63,574 nucleotides of DNA from Octopus bimaculoides (Eukaryota), in NCBI RefSeq assembly GCF_001194135.2, contig NC_068984.1, forward strand, positions 126,905,943 to 126,969,516. The letters run 5' to 3'. The notes under the pieces are model-generated. The model was not told where the DNA came from. It did not search any database and worked only from the letters and a program-made list of their open reading frames with translations. The number at the start of each line of letters is the position of its first letter. Within the stretch, counting starts at the first letter, position 1. Both the position numbers and the translations under genes were made by a program. This document shows, one piece after another, positions 25,405-36,995 of the stretch.

Positions 25405-26240
25405 GCATGCTGGATCAGGTGATGAAGGTCATGGAGAGGGTCATAGCCCAGCTAATTAGGGAGAGAGTCTGCTTAGATGAGATACAGTTCAGTTTTGTGC
25501 CTGGTAAAAGCACCACTGATGCTATATTCCTGGTAAGGCAACTGCAGGAGAAATACCTAGCCAAAGATAAACCTCTATACTTGGCTTTAGTGGACTTTGA
25601 GAAAGCCTTTGACAGGGCCCCCCAATCCCTTATCTGGTGGGCGATGTAGAAACTAGGGATTGACAAGTGGTTAATAAGAGCTGTACAGGCCCTGTACAGA
25701 GATGCCATTAGTAAGGTTAGGGTTGGCAATGAGTATAGTGAAGAATTCCGGGTAGATGTAGGGGTCCACCAAGGGTCAGCCCTCAGTCCCCTCTTATTTA
25801 TCATAGTCCTCCAGGCAATAACAAAGGAATTCAAGACAGGTTGCCCCTGGGAGCTTCTCTATGATCTTGCTCTCATAGCAGAATCACTAGCAGAACTAGA
25901 GAAGAAATTTCAGGTGTGGACGCAAGGTTTAGAATCGAAGGGCCTTGGTGTCAATGTTGCAAAAAACAAAGTCCTAGTAAGTAGGAAGGTGAACACATCA
26001 CAAACCCCTTTAGGTAGATGGCCCTGCTTGATCTGTAGAAAAAGTGTAGGTAGAAATTCTATAAGATATACCCAGTGTAAGCTACGGATGCATAAGAGTT
26101 GCAGCAACATCAAAGGAAGCTTAGATAGCTTTCGTGTGTTGCAGATGCACAGGGGCAATAAATGCCATCACGTGCCAGTGGGAGAAACTAGAAGTAGTCA
26201 ATAGCTTCCGCTACCTAGGTGACCAAGTCTGTAGAGGGGG
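25405..26240 (+). mobile_element. RTE-clade LINE reverse transcriptase fragment (pseudogenised)
   Basis: QFSFVPGKSTTDAIFLVRQLQEKY...VDFEKAFDR, GVHQGSALSPLLF, and later SFRYLGD. In-frame stop after LIWWAM. The YADD motif is damaged by a small deletion (CTCTATGATCTTGCT). Confidence 0.92.
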
Positions 26241-26627
26241 GTAATGGATATTAGTCTCCTGATTATTAATACTATATTAATATGCACAAACATTCTCATC
26301 AGCATATTTATTGCATAAACATTATACAATTAGAGGGGGAAACTGACATGTGGCTTTGGCAAATGGGATATTAATTGAGAAAGCGGAAGTTTATAACGAC
26401 ATTGACTGAGTCACATTTAGGTAAAATTAGAACATAGGAACTTAACTGTTAATTCAAGACCTGTTGTTACATGAACGGCAATTGAGCAAGTGATGATATT
26501 AGTGAAAAAACTATTCCTTAAATATATGATCGAATGGTGTGTTAAGGGCTTTATCTGAACGAATGTGTCTCCACATACTTAAACAGCCTTACAAGATGTC
26601 ATAATATTTAATTACTATTGTTATTAC

Positions 26628-26658
<31 letters not shown>

Positions 26659-27218
26659 ATCAATTATTAATACCATATTAATATGCATGTACATTTTAAT
26701 CAGCATATTTATCATATGAACATTATATATTATCATGTTTCAATAATAATAATAATGATAATAATGATCCTTTCTGCTAAAGGCACAAGGCCTGAAGTTT
26801 TGGAGGAAGAAACTAGTCAATTACATTGAACCCAGTTTACAACTGATACTTATTTTATCAACCCTGAAAGGATAAAAGTCAAAATCAACCACAGCAGAAT
26901 TTGAACTCAGAATGTAAAGATGGACAAAATGCTACTATGCATTTTGCCTGGCATACCGACTATTCTGCCAGCTTGCTGTCTTAATAATGATTATAATTAT
27001 AATGATAATAATGATCTCAAATTTTGGCACAAGGCCAGCAGTTTCGTGAGAGAGGGTAAGTCAATTATATCAACCCAATGCTTGACTGGTACTTATTTTA
27101 TCAACCCCAAAAGGATGAAAGGTAAAGTCAACCTCTGGAATTTGAACTCAGAATGTGTGGTTGTTCGGTAAGAAATTGTCGAACTCTCATACATCGCCTA
27201 ACGACGGGAGAGTCCATC

Positions 27219-27270
<52 letters not shown>

Positions 27271-27736
27271 TTATGGTAGTTTCTTCTAGATCAAGAAAGA
27301 CAATTCTGCAATTTCTTGTATAGCCTGCTCAACTAATTTGTTTATAGTGCTCAAATGTGTGCACTGTGCATTGGCTCATAGGTGCACAGTGTAGCACACA
27401 TCAGATGTCAAAATTATTGCAGAACAACATGAGATGATGTTTTTTCGCTCAAAAACACAATGCACCACCTGATCCAGGAATTGAAACCACGATCTTGTAA
27501 TTGTGAGTACAACTAGGAGATGCACCCTCATATACACATTTACATATATATATATATAAATATATATTACCAATTATATACTCACACATATACATTTACA
27601 AACATAGTTACACTAATATTATATGTCTGCATGAATGTATGCAATTAACTATGCACATGCAAGTGAGACAATTATTCCATCACACAGTTTAGTTTATTCA
27701 TTCATTGAATGATGAGGCATTATTCTGTCAATATTG

Positions 27737-27813
27737 TGAATTTCCTGTTCCTATCATGTTCCTAGAAGTGAAACCACTTACCTTCAAGAACATGCAAAAG
27801 AACAGGAAATTCA
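27737..27813 (-). ncRNA. Candidate structured RNA hairpin (pre-miRNA-like or editing duplex)
   Basis: On the minus strand, ~30 bp pair by hand (2 G-U, 1 U-U mismatch, 2 single-nt bulges) around a 13-nt loop GUAAGUGGUUUCA. Not part of a repeat I recognise. No expression evidence. Confidence 0.4.
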
Positions 27814-27878
27814 GACATAGTAACAGTGAGTAGGTGCAACTTTGAAGATACACACGCACATGTAATTATATATCAATA

Positions 27879-27913
<35 letters not shown>

Positions 27914-28493
27914 NNNNNNNNNNNNNNNNNNNNNNNNNNNNNNNNNNNNNNNNNNNNNNNNNNNNNNNNNNNNNNNNNNNNNNNNNNNNNNNNNNNNNNN
28001 NNNNNNNNNNNNNNNNNNNNNNNNNNNNNNNNNNNNNNNNNNNNNNNNNNNNNNNNNNNNNNNNNNNNNNNNNNNNNNNNNNNNNNNNNNNNNNNNNNNN
28101 NNNNNNNNNNNNNNNNNNNNNNNNNNNNNNNNNNNNNNNNNNNNNNNNNNNNNNNNNNNNNNNNNNNNNNNNNNNNNNNNNNNNNNNNNNNNNNNNNNNN
28201 NNNNNNNNNNNNNNNNNNNNNNNNNNNNNNNNNNNNNNNNNNNNNNNNNNNNNNNNNNNNNNNNNNNNNNNNNNNNNNNNNNNNNNNNNNNNNNNNNNNN
28301 NNNNNNNNNNNNNNNNNNNNNNNNNNNNNNNNNNNNNNNNNNNNNNNNNNNNNNNNNNNNNNNNNNNNNNNNNNNNNNNNNNNNNNNNNNNNNNNNNNNN
28401 NNNNNNNNNNNNNNNNNNNNNNNNNNNNNNNNNNNNNNNNNNNNNNNNNNNNNNNNNNNNNNNNNNNNNNNNNNNNNNNNNNNNNNNNNTATG

Positions 28494-28528
<35 letters not shown>

Positions 28529-28529
<1 letters not shown>

Positions 28530-29406
28530 GGGTACAGTGAATAAACTGTCGTCTAAATTGTGCAAAATCGAAAATAACACTGACATCTCATTTTAACAGA
28601 TATATTTACCAAAATTACATAAAAATATCTTGAAATACTAAAGAGTAAATTTATTCTATAAAATCACCATTGACTTCAACCATGGTCTCCAGACAACTTT
28701 GGAATCTCCTGCAACTCTTCTGGACAGTCTCCTTTTTTAAGTAGGTGAATGCTGCCATAATCCTTGCCTTTAGTTCATCTTTGGTTTTAAAAGGAGTTTT
28801 GTTGGTCTCTTGCCCCACACATAATAATCAAGGAGGTTGCAGTCTGGGAAATTACATGGCCAGATGTTAGGGGTGATGTGGTCACAGAAATTGTCTGACA
28901 GCCAGGAATGGGTCCTCCTGCTTGTGTGGCATGGTGCGGAGTCCTGTTGCCAGACACAGGGTCTTCCAGCAGCCACCCTCTTGACCCAGGGCAGCACAAC
29001 TTCCTCCAGGCACTTTATGTAGGCCTCCCTGTGGAGTCTGAGGCCGTCTGGAAAGATGAATGGAAGCATAACATCACCATCACTAGTGATCACTCCAAAC
29101 ACCATGATGCTGACTGGATGTTTGATTTTTATCACTCTCAGTACATGTCCTCAAATTGCTCTGTCCTCAGATTGACACCCAAACACTCTGAAATGTTCAT
29201 ATTGGAACTTCTGACATGAATGCCAAGCAGCACAGCATATCATTTCCAAATTTCTGGCATAGTGTATTGCGTCATGGTGCTGTTTTTCTCACAGATCGTG
29301 CCCAACTGACCCTACCATACTGTGTAGTTGACAAAATCAAAAGCAAACAATGCGCAAGTGTAAAATTAAAAATATAAAATGGTGACAGTTTACCTGTCAT
29401 ACCCTG
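28529..29406 (-). mobile_element. maT (DD37D) Tc1/mariner element, internally deleted
   Basis: ORF 28770-29135 contains WQQDSAPCH...FPDCNLLDYYVWG, with 37 residues between the second and third catalytic Asp. 5' TIR CAGGGTATGACAGGTAAACTGTC, with a degenerate counterpart at ~28529. Confidence 0.88.
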
Positions 29407-29447
29407 CATATATACACATGTGTGTACATATATGTGTGTGTGTGTGT

Positions 29448-29815
29448 GTGAAGGCACATGCCTCAGTGGTTAGAGCACTGGACTCGCAATCATGAGGTAG
29501 TGAGTTCGATTCCTGGACCAGGTTCTGTGTTGTTCCGGTCCACTCAGCTATGGATGGAAACTGAAAGAAGCCCGTCATATATATATGTATTTATATCTAT
29601 ATGCGTATGTCTGTGTTTGTACTCCCCATCACCACTTGATAACCGGTGTTGGTGTGTTTACATCCCCATAACATGGCGGTTCAGCAAAATAGACTGAGAG
29701 AATAAGTACCGGGCTTTAAAAAATAAGTACTGGGGTCGATTCAGGTGATTAAAAATCCAAAGCAGTACCCCAGCGTGGCCGTAGTCTAATGACTAAAACA
29801 GGTAAAAAAGATACA
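29448..29815 (+). mobile_element. tRNA-derived SINE
   Basis: Head GTGAAGGCACATGCCTCAGTGGTTAGAGC...GAGTTCGATTCC, joined to the GGAAACTGAAAGAAGCC body and the common tail. Confidence 0.8.
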
Positions 29816-29817
29816 TT

Positions 29818-29852
<35 letters not shown>

Positions 29853-30189
29853 TTATGTATGCATATATGTATGTACATACATATCAACAGCAGAGGTAAC
29901 TCACAGTGTTAAATAAGAATTCAAAAATCTTCTATCAGTTTCAAATAAATAAATATATACATCAATAAATAATCACGGCCAGGTGTTATCAAATTCTTTG
30001 TGTTATAATATTTTAAATTCCTCACACACACCTTTGTTTATTAATTGCGAATTGGAAATATCTTTTGCCACTCACCTCGTATATATGTTGTGTTGTTCTT
30101 GTATACTTCCTGATCAACCTTAAATCAAGTTGACTTATGATCAAAGATGTTCCAGTTTTTTTTTTTTTTGCAGTCTTAATCTATATATA

Positions 30190-30553
30190 GTGGAGGCGCA
30201 ATGGCCCAGTGGTTAGGGCAGCGGACTCGCGGTCATAGGATCGCGGTTTCAATTCCCAGACCGGGCGTTGTGAGTGTTTATTGAGCGAAAAACACCTAAA
30301 AGCTCCAGGGGATGGCAGCGAACCCTGCTGTACTCTTCCACCGCAACTTTCTCTCACTCTTACTTACTGCCTGTAATTCAAAGGGTCAGCCTTGTCACAC
30401 TGTGTCATGCTGAATATCCCCGAGAACTTCGTTAAGGGTACACGTGTCTGTGGAGTGCTCAGCCACTTGCACGTTAATTTCACAAGCAGGCTGTTCCGTT
30501 GATCGGATCAACTGGAACCCTCGACGTCGTAAGCGACGGAGTGCCAACAACAA
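30190..30553 (+). mobile_element. Full-length tRNA(Arg)-like-head SINE
   Basis: A box TGGCCCAGTGG, B box GGTTTCAATTCC, and a (CAA)n tail. CpGs are retained, suggesting a relatively young copy. Confidence 0.88.
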
Positions 30554-30555
30554 GT

Positions 30556-30720
30556 CCGGGGTATACTTTGTAAATCTTCTTTGACTCTCCAGACTCGTAC
30601 TATTTTCTTGATCACTCTGTATTCTTTTGCAGCATCCCAGTTAGCGTACGCTACTATTTTCAGCTTAGACCTAACTTCATATTTCCTTCGTTTATTAGTT
30701 GGAGCCATGATAGGGTTTTA
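30556..30720 (-). mobile_element. pogo-like transposase N-terminal DNA-binding fragment
   Basis: KRRKYEVRSKLKIVAYA...AAKEYRVIKKIVRVWR resembles the Brinker-type HTH of pogo-family transposases. Confidence 0.6.
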
Positions 30721-31104
30721 TGATAACAGAAGAATAATGTTCACTCAGAGGATGTGCTACTGCTCAGAGCTGAGTGACTACTTGGGCCTTTTCAAGAAAA
30801 TTTGTCCTTATATGTTCTTAAGTACTGGGAACTACAAGGATTTATTTTTGATTGACCATTTACAGAATCAACAATTGCAGCGTGGAATGTGTTTAAAACC
30901 ATTTAAAAACACATAAAAACCGTTAGATTCACTTCAACATTTAAATTAATTATATTTTCGTCGCTTTGAAATCACGATCTGTTCACTGACAAAATTCTGT
31001 GCTAGCACATGATCTTAGATCAAATCACTTGCGATGCAAGTACATCTTCAACATTCACAGAATATTTTATCTGTAATAGCGCACAAACCACTTGTATTTT
31101 AGCG

Positions 31105-31375
31105 CAGGGGTTTTCAAACTGTGGTCCACGGACCACAGGGGTCCGCAAGTACAAGACAGGGGGTCCGTGGACAGCAAATACTTTTTATGGGCAATTTGAT
31201 TTTATATATGTTTTTTAATCGAAATCTTTTAATTGACAATAAACCTATTTCTTAAATACTGTTAAATAAATAAATGTAAAAATATATGTTATTTTAAGCA
31301 AATATTTATGTATAAATTTCATAAGCCTTTATAAGGGTAAAGCCTGAAATATAAAGGGGTCCGTAAGTCAAAAAG
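31105..31375. mobile_element. hAT-type MITE with eroded right TIR
   Basis: Starts CAGGGGTTTTCAAACTGTGGTCC. The 8-mer TTTTAGCG lies at 31097-31104 and 31376-31383. Confidence 0.7.
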
Positions 31376-31449
31376 TTTTAGCGTAACTACAGTTATCCTG
31401 AAAGCCCTCGGTTGGCCAAGCGCCTCGGCAAAGCTGTGTGAAAAAGTGC

Positions 31450-33600
31450 TATGTCGAATGTAAACACAGTGGATCCTGGAACTCTAGTTATTTACTGTTC
31501 ATCATTGTCAACTGTTGCAACTAGCGATTGGAATATATCAACAAATTTGCTGAGTTGTTTTTTTGAAGGTATGTTAGACAGGTTTATATTATATTTTGAT
31601 ATAATCCAGTTTCCCAAACATATCTGTGAAGTCTCATTAGAATATATTTAGTAGTAGGACCGTTGTAACTATGCAGGTACTTTACATGTTCTCCATAGCC
31701 ATTGGTGCCACTCCACACAGCATGTTAAGGTTTGGATTTTATACTCAGTGTTTAAGACGACCCCAGGTTTGGAGGCGATTCTTTTTAAGGTTCAAATTCC
31801 GTCCTGTACACCGATATATGCAATTGTTCTATTTCTCTTTGGCTTGATGAATTAAATATTTTTGGAAGCAGTGCTATATGTCTTCATTAACAAATCAGAA
31901 ATATCATCAGGGTTGCTTAATGTTTTGGCTAAATTGTTGCATAAAATATTGAATAAAAGTAAGTCACTAAGTAAAAGTAAGTCACTACTTACAAGCAATA
32001 ATACATTTAATTCATTAACATATCACATGCAGTGAACGTAGAAAATCCATACCTACAGTAAAGAAAAGATAATGTTTGCTCAAGGACTTAAAATATTTTA
32101 GTGATTTTAGCAAGTATGGGAGGTAACTCCAGACAGGTTTTGATCTTAGATTTCCTCAGCGAAGACTAAGGTATGACAGCATCACCTATGACAATCACTT
32201 TTATACTTTAATAAATATAAAAGTGATTCATATCTAATGAATCACTTAATGCATAAAAGTGACTCATTACATATGAATTATTTACATACCTAACTGATTT
32301 TAAATAATTCATAAAATAAAGGCAAAATGTTATACAAGAATATGTGTGAAAATTATCATTTGTACAGCATAAGAATAAATAAGTCAGTGAAGTTAATCAC
32401 TTAGAAACGCCATATCCATGAAAAACTATAGATGGATTAGTGTGAGCATATTTAATGTTGTTTACTGTATTCTGGTTGTATAATACTAAGTCTTCTCCTC
32501 TGACTTAGTTGACATGGCCTGTGATCCAAGGTATTGCAGCATGTAGGACTACGTTATATAATGTGTCTTTCTTTTAAGACAATGAGGTATGATTTGAGAG
32601 ATATTTGGGTGCTATCTCTAGCAAATCAAGCGACCATATAGATGGTTGTTCGTTGGCTCATATTCTGCAGATCTTAAGGATTGAAGTTCTGTTTCCAAGA
32701 GTTTTGTTATTTCCTTATACCTTCTGAGAGATGATTTACTTTTTTTTATATATAAATTGTGAAGCCTTTTTATCCAAAACTTTTTGAAATGTTCTGGTCC
32801 CTTAGGTTTCTCAATGTCTTTTCTAAACGATGTTTTAAATTCTTCAACTATTATTGAAATTACTTGTTGTTTCTCCAACTACGATCAATTTGGGCATTAC
32901 TTGTTGTAATTCTCAGAGAAAAATATTTTATTCAAATATTTCGAACCAGAATTTTTCAATTCATTCCTTTTATAAAAATCTATTCTATTTCTATATTTTG
33001 CATATTTAGTTTCTCTGTACAACTTTCTATTTTCACTAAACATTTTATTTTGCAATAAATTGCTTGTATCTATTTTCGTATCATCTGATCCACTGAGATT
33101 TGGTGACAATTAGCTGTTTTAGACGTTTATCTAATTACCGATATTATTTTTAACTCTGTTTCTTGTATATCATTTTAGCTTTCTTTCTTTCTTTCTTTCT
33201 TTCTTTATATATATATATATATATATATATCGATATATTTGCTTAAACAGATTTCATATTTCTGTTTGTATTGATTAAACCTTTCTGTTTTAATCTGTTT
33301 CTCTATGTTTATTTTGAACACTGCCTGACTTTCTTTTTTTCCTTATCGAATATTTTCATGTTCTGTTCCCCCACCACACTGTTTTACGTTTTTCTAATAG
33401 GTGTTACGTAGAATATGTGTGGCCTACAATACGTTGTATCTTTTTTAGTATCTGGGATGTGGAGAATTTGCTAAATTGCTTTACCTGAACTTCTTTAAAA
33501 ATTCGTCCTTCTCATCTGTGTTATTTTTAAGCAAATTTAAGAATAACAATGGAATATTTACCACATAACTGAACAAAATTCTCCCATCCCTACTTCTTTT
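31450..33600 (-). mobile_element. Highly decayed APE-RT LINE (L1/Tx1- or CR1-like) remnant
   Basis: Collinear peptide traces: RDGRILFSYVVNIPLLFLNL..NNTDEKDEFLKK (APE-like), KNSGSKYLNKIFFSENYNK (cf. GEKNxKYFxNLEKxNYNK), and LLFNILCNNLA...DDI (RT-like). Heavily disrupted. Confidence 0.4.
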
Positions 33601-33940
33601 GTTCATATTTGTTTCTATTATAGGCACAAGGCCTGAAGTTTTGAAGCTAGTCGATTACATCGAACATCAGTGGTATTTATTTTATCGATCCCAAAACGAT
33701 GGAAAACAAAGTTGACCTTAGCAGAATTTAAACTCAGAACATAAAGAGTTGGAAGAAATACTGCTAAGCATTTGGCCCGACGTGCTTCCAATTTGTTTTC
33801 TCATAAAGATTCCAAGTACTATTTCACCCTTTCCCATATGAAATGTGTTAAATGTCATATTTACGTAGATGGAAATTGAATACTTGAGAAAAGAGTAAGA
33901 TAACATTTATTGTAAAAATCGTGTTGAGTGGGACTTTTTA

Positions 33941-34146
33941 GGGTAATTTTTCAGATTAACACCCGCACAATTTTCACTAAGATGTTAGGGTTAGGGTTTT
34001 AGGGTTTTAGGGTTAGGATTAGAATTAGGGTTTAGGGTTAGGGTTAGGGTTAGGGTTTTAGGGTCAGGGTTAGGATTTTAGGGTAAGGTTTAGGGTTTAG
34101 GGTTAGGATTAGGTAATCGTGCGAGGGTTAATCTGAAAAATTACCC
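33941..34146. mobile_element. MITE with ~32-bp TIRs and degenerate (TTAGGG)n core
   Basis: GGGTAATTTTTCAGATTAAC and its perfect inverse, extending imperfectly to ~32 bp. TTTTA lies on both flanks. Confidence 0.85.
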
Positions 34147-34419
34147 TTTTAAGTTTCAATTTGAGTGATGCAAATGGGTTTTAGGAACTTGGAATTTGTT
34201 AAAATTTGTGAAGCTGAGTTTGGGAAAGTGAGGTTAGATGTTATAAGGATCCATCCTCACCTCAAAAGCTGAAAAAATAGAGCAATATCAGGCCCCTGTC
34301 TACCCCACTGAGCGACAGCTTATTCAGACAAAACCTGAAGTCGCAGTTAACATAAGTTATACTCTATACTGTGGCAGTATCTACCAACTTTATTAAATTT
34401 TGGTAAATTTTTAATGATG

Positions 34420-34672
34420 TGAAGGCACGTAGCTTAGTGGTTAGGGTGTCAGCGTCATGATCGTAAGATTGTGGTTTCGATTCCTGGACCGGGTGATGCG
34501 TTGTGTTCTTGAGCAAAACACTTTATTTCACATTGCTCCAGTCCACTCAGTTGGCAAAAATGAGTAACGCTGCGATGGACTGGCGTCCCGTCCAGCTGGG
34601 GAACTCATACGCCATTGAAACCTGGAAACCGGGCCCATGAGCCTGGCTAGGCTTTAAAAGGGCGCATTTATT
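34420..34672 (+). mobile_element. tRNA-derived SINE with V/Meta-like central domain
   Basis: A/B boxes followed by GCGATGGACTGGCGTCCCGTCCAG. Near-TSD TAAATTTTTAATGAT / TAAATTTTTACTGAT. Confidence 0.75.
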
Positions 34673-36121
34673 TTTTATTTAAATTTTTACTGATACATCT
34701 GTCTCACAAGATGGGTATAATCTCTAGTCAATGGGCTTCCCGAATAGCTAGCTATCATTACATTATGTATATTTTAAAGGTGTTGATATATATACTTTCT
34801 GTGTCATGGATGTTTTAGGGATTGTAGTTTTGTTTCTGTGTCTTAGTTGTTGTTTTTAAGCCGTGTCTTTTCCAGATGATACTCTTTTACTCTTTTACTT
34901 GTTTCAGTCATTTGACTGTGGCCATGCTGGAGCACCGCCTTTAGTCGAGAAAATCGACCCATGTTTTATAAATATTAGCACTTGTGAATTTGAGTCCCAC
35001 AGGCAACCTTCGACTTTTTCTGTCCAAAAGAGTTTTCCATCCTAATATTTATACGCTTTTATGTATAGTTCATGTGATGTGCTTTGAGATCCAATGTTCC
35101 AACAAAGAACTATTTCATGTTCCCATGAAAGTTTATTAAATTCATATGATGTCAACAATGTGTGAGTGTATATATATATATATGATGAGCTTCTATACAG
35201 TTTCCATCTACCAAATTCACTCACAAGGCATTGGTCAGCTTGAGGCTATAGCAGAAGTTGCTTGCTCAAGGTGATTCATAGTAGAGCTGAACCTGAAACC
35301 ACATGGTTGCAAAGCAAAATTCTTAACCACACAAACATGCCATAAGTATTGACTGTTCTTTTTTTTGACTCTAGGTCGTCTGATGGTGGTTATTTTCTTC
35401 ACAATAAGTCTTCTAAATTTTGATTAATTTCTTCAATTTGTCTTCTGAGAGTTGGTTACTTTTTATAATGTTTTTTTGTTTTCTTAAACTGTAATGAAAC
35501 AAGATTTATTATTCTTCTTTTGGGAAGGAAGAACTGACGTAGTTTTCTCTGTCTGTTGGTGTAACAAAAGTGATGATTTCAAATACATAGTTGAAAGGAC
35601 TAAGGAAAGAGCTTTTCCTTTCCCTTTGAACTAAAATCTCATCTTCTTCAAGTACCACATTAAGTGGATATAAAAGTGGAGACAGAAGTGCTGTCCTCCA
35701 GAAATCCTTATGTGAGATGTGCAAGAGTAATGAATATAGTTTCAAGAAGAAGACTGACCTTTTGTTTCACCTGGGAGCTAGAGCTATTCTGATAATAATG
35801 AGGATCTCTGAGCTAATAATCATAACAGAAAAGGTTGAAATACCAGATAATATGTTGTTAGTCAACAACAGATCTGGCATGATTGAGTTAACTTGATTTA
35901 GAGGTATTCCAGCTGTGACCATCTGTCCTACTTTCAGACATTGTAAATCTGTACCTAGAATTACATTATCCAATGTGTCCTGTTTTGTATAAGTCAGTGG
36001 TAGTAATTCCAAGAAGACTTAGCTGCTATTTCTATGAGTTAAGTCATCACATAGGGATTTTCTCCTTTGGCTTGTACTAATAGGCAGTTATCTTTAAATT
36101 AACATCAGTCTGTGAAGGACT

Positions 36122-36207
36122 TGTGTTTGTGCCCCTGGTGTTTGTACCCCTGGTGTTTGTACCCCTGGTGTTTGTACCCCTGGTGTTTGTACCCCTGGTG
36201 TTTGTAC
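36122..36207. repeat. 15-bp tandem repeat (GTGTTTGTACCCCTG), ~5.7 copies, inside a SINE body
   Basis: Seen directly in the sequence. Confidence 0.9.
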
Positions 36208-36630
36208 CAGCACCATCTACCACTTGGTAGGTGGTGCTGGTTAAGCATAAGTACCAGGCTGAAAGAAATAAGTACTAGAGCCAATTCGTTCAAGTAAAAC
36301 CCTTCAAGGTACCCAGTATGGGTACAGTTTAATGACTGAAACAAGTACAAGATGAAGGATAAATAAATGTGTGTGTGTGTGTATGTGTATGTAATCAAAG
36401 GTCAAAACAGTTTCACTGTTTTGAAAGTGCTAAAGACAGTAGAAAACTGAACAGAAAATCCCTAGTAGAAATACCCAAGTGATGCCCTGCAGATAGGTTT
36501 TTTTTTTTTTGTTTTTTGTCAAAATCTGCTAAATCTCTAGCAATCCCAGCATACAACCTCATCTGTTAACCTTACCACATCTTGTCAATGGATTCAGATG
36601 GTTCAGGACAAGAGTGTGGTCGACACTATA

Positions 36631-36702
36631 TATATAGTAGTATAGTGGCAAGTATCCCCGCCTATCACGCGGGAGACCGGAGTTTGATTCCCAGCTGGGG
36701 AA
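36631..36702 (+). pseudogene. tRNA-Asp(GTC)-derived pseudogene serving as a SINE head
   Basis: TAGTATAGTGGCAAGTATCCCCGCCTATCACGCGGGAGACCGGAGTTTGATTCCCAGCTGGGGA closely follows metazoan tRNA-Asp. The anticodon stem CCCGC/GCGGG is intact, the anticodon reads ATC, and the 5' acceptor strand is lost. Confidence 0.85.
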
Positions 36703-36782
36703 GTGTCTTCTACTATAGCCTTGGGCCGACCAAAGTCTTGTGAGTGGATTTGGTAGATGGAAACTGAAAGAAGCCTGTCATA

Positions 36783-36847
<65 letters not shown>

Positions 36848-36995
36848 ATATGTTTGTGTGTCTGTGTTTGTCCCCCCAACATCGTTTGACAACTGATGGT
36901 GGTGTGTTTACATCTCTGTAACTTAGCGCTTCGGCAAAAGAGACCAATAAAATAAGTACTAGGCTTACAAAGAATAAGTCCTGGGGTCGATTTGC
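36701..36995 (+). mobile_element. Body and tail of the common SINE family, fused to the tRNA-Asp head
   Basis: AAGTGTCTTCTACTATAGCCTTGGGCCGACCAAAG..., the same body as at 14583 onward. Confidence 0.85.

Noticed and set aside
25415-25834. 139-aa minus-strand ORF
   Set aside because: It is the antisense shadow of the RTE reverse transcriptase.
35509-36012. Two adjacent minus-strand ORFs (78 and 81 aa) as one gene
   Set aside because: The 35900-36050 part is a copy of the 39475-type repeat, and neither peptide has a recognisable domain. Only a 54-bp exon candidate in a different frame was retained.
36122-36207. CRISPR-like array (also considered for 39475-40115)
   Set aside because: There are no unique spacers between identical repeats, no cas genes, and the context is eukaryotic.
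36631-36702. Functional tRNA-Asp(ATC) gene
   Set aside because: The acceptor stem cannot pair, the T-arm and B box are mutated, and it is fused to a SINE body.
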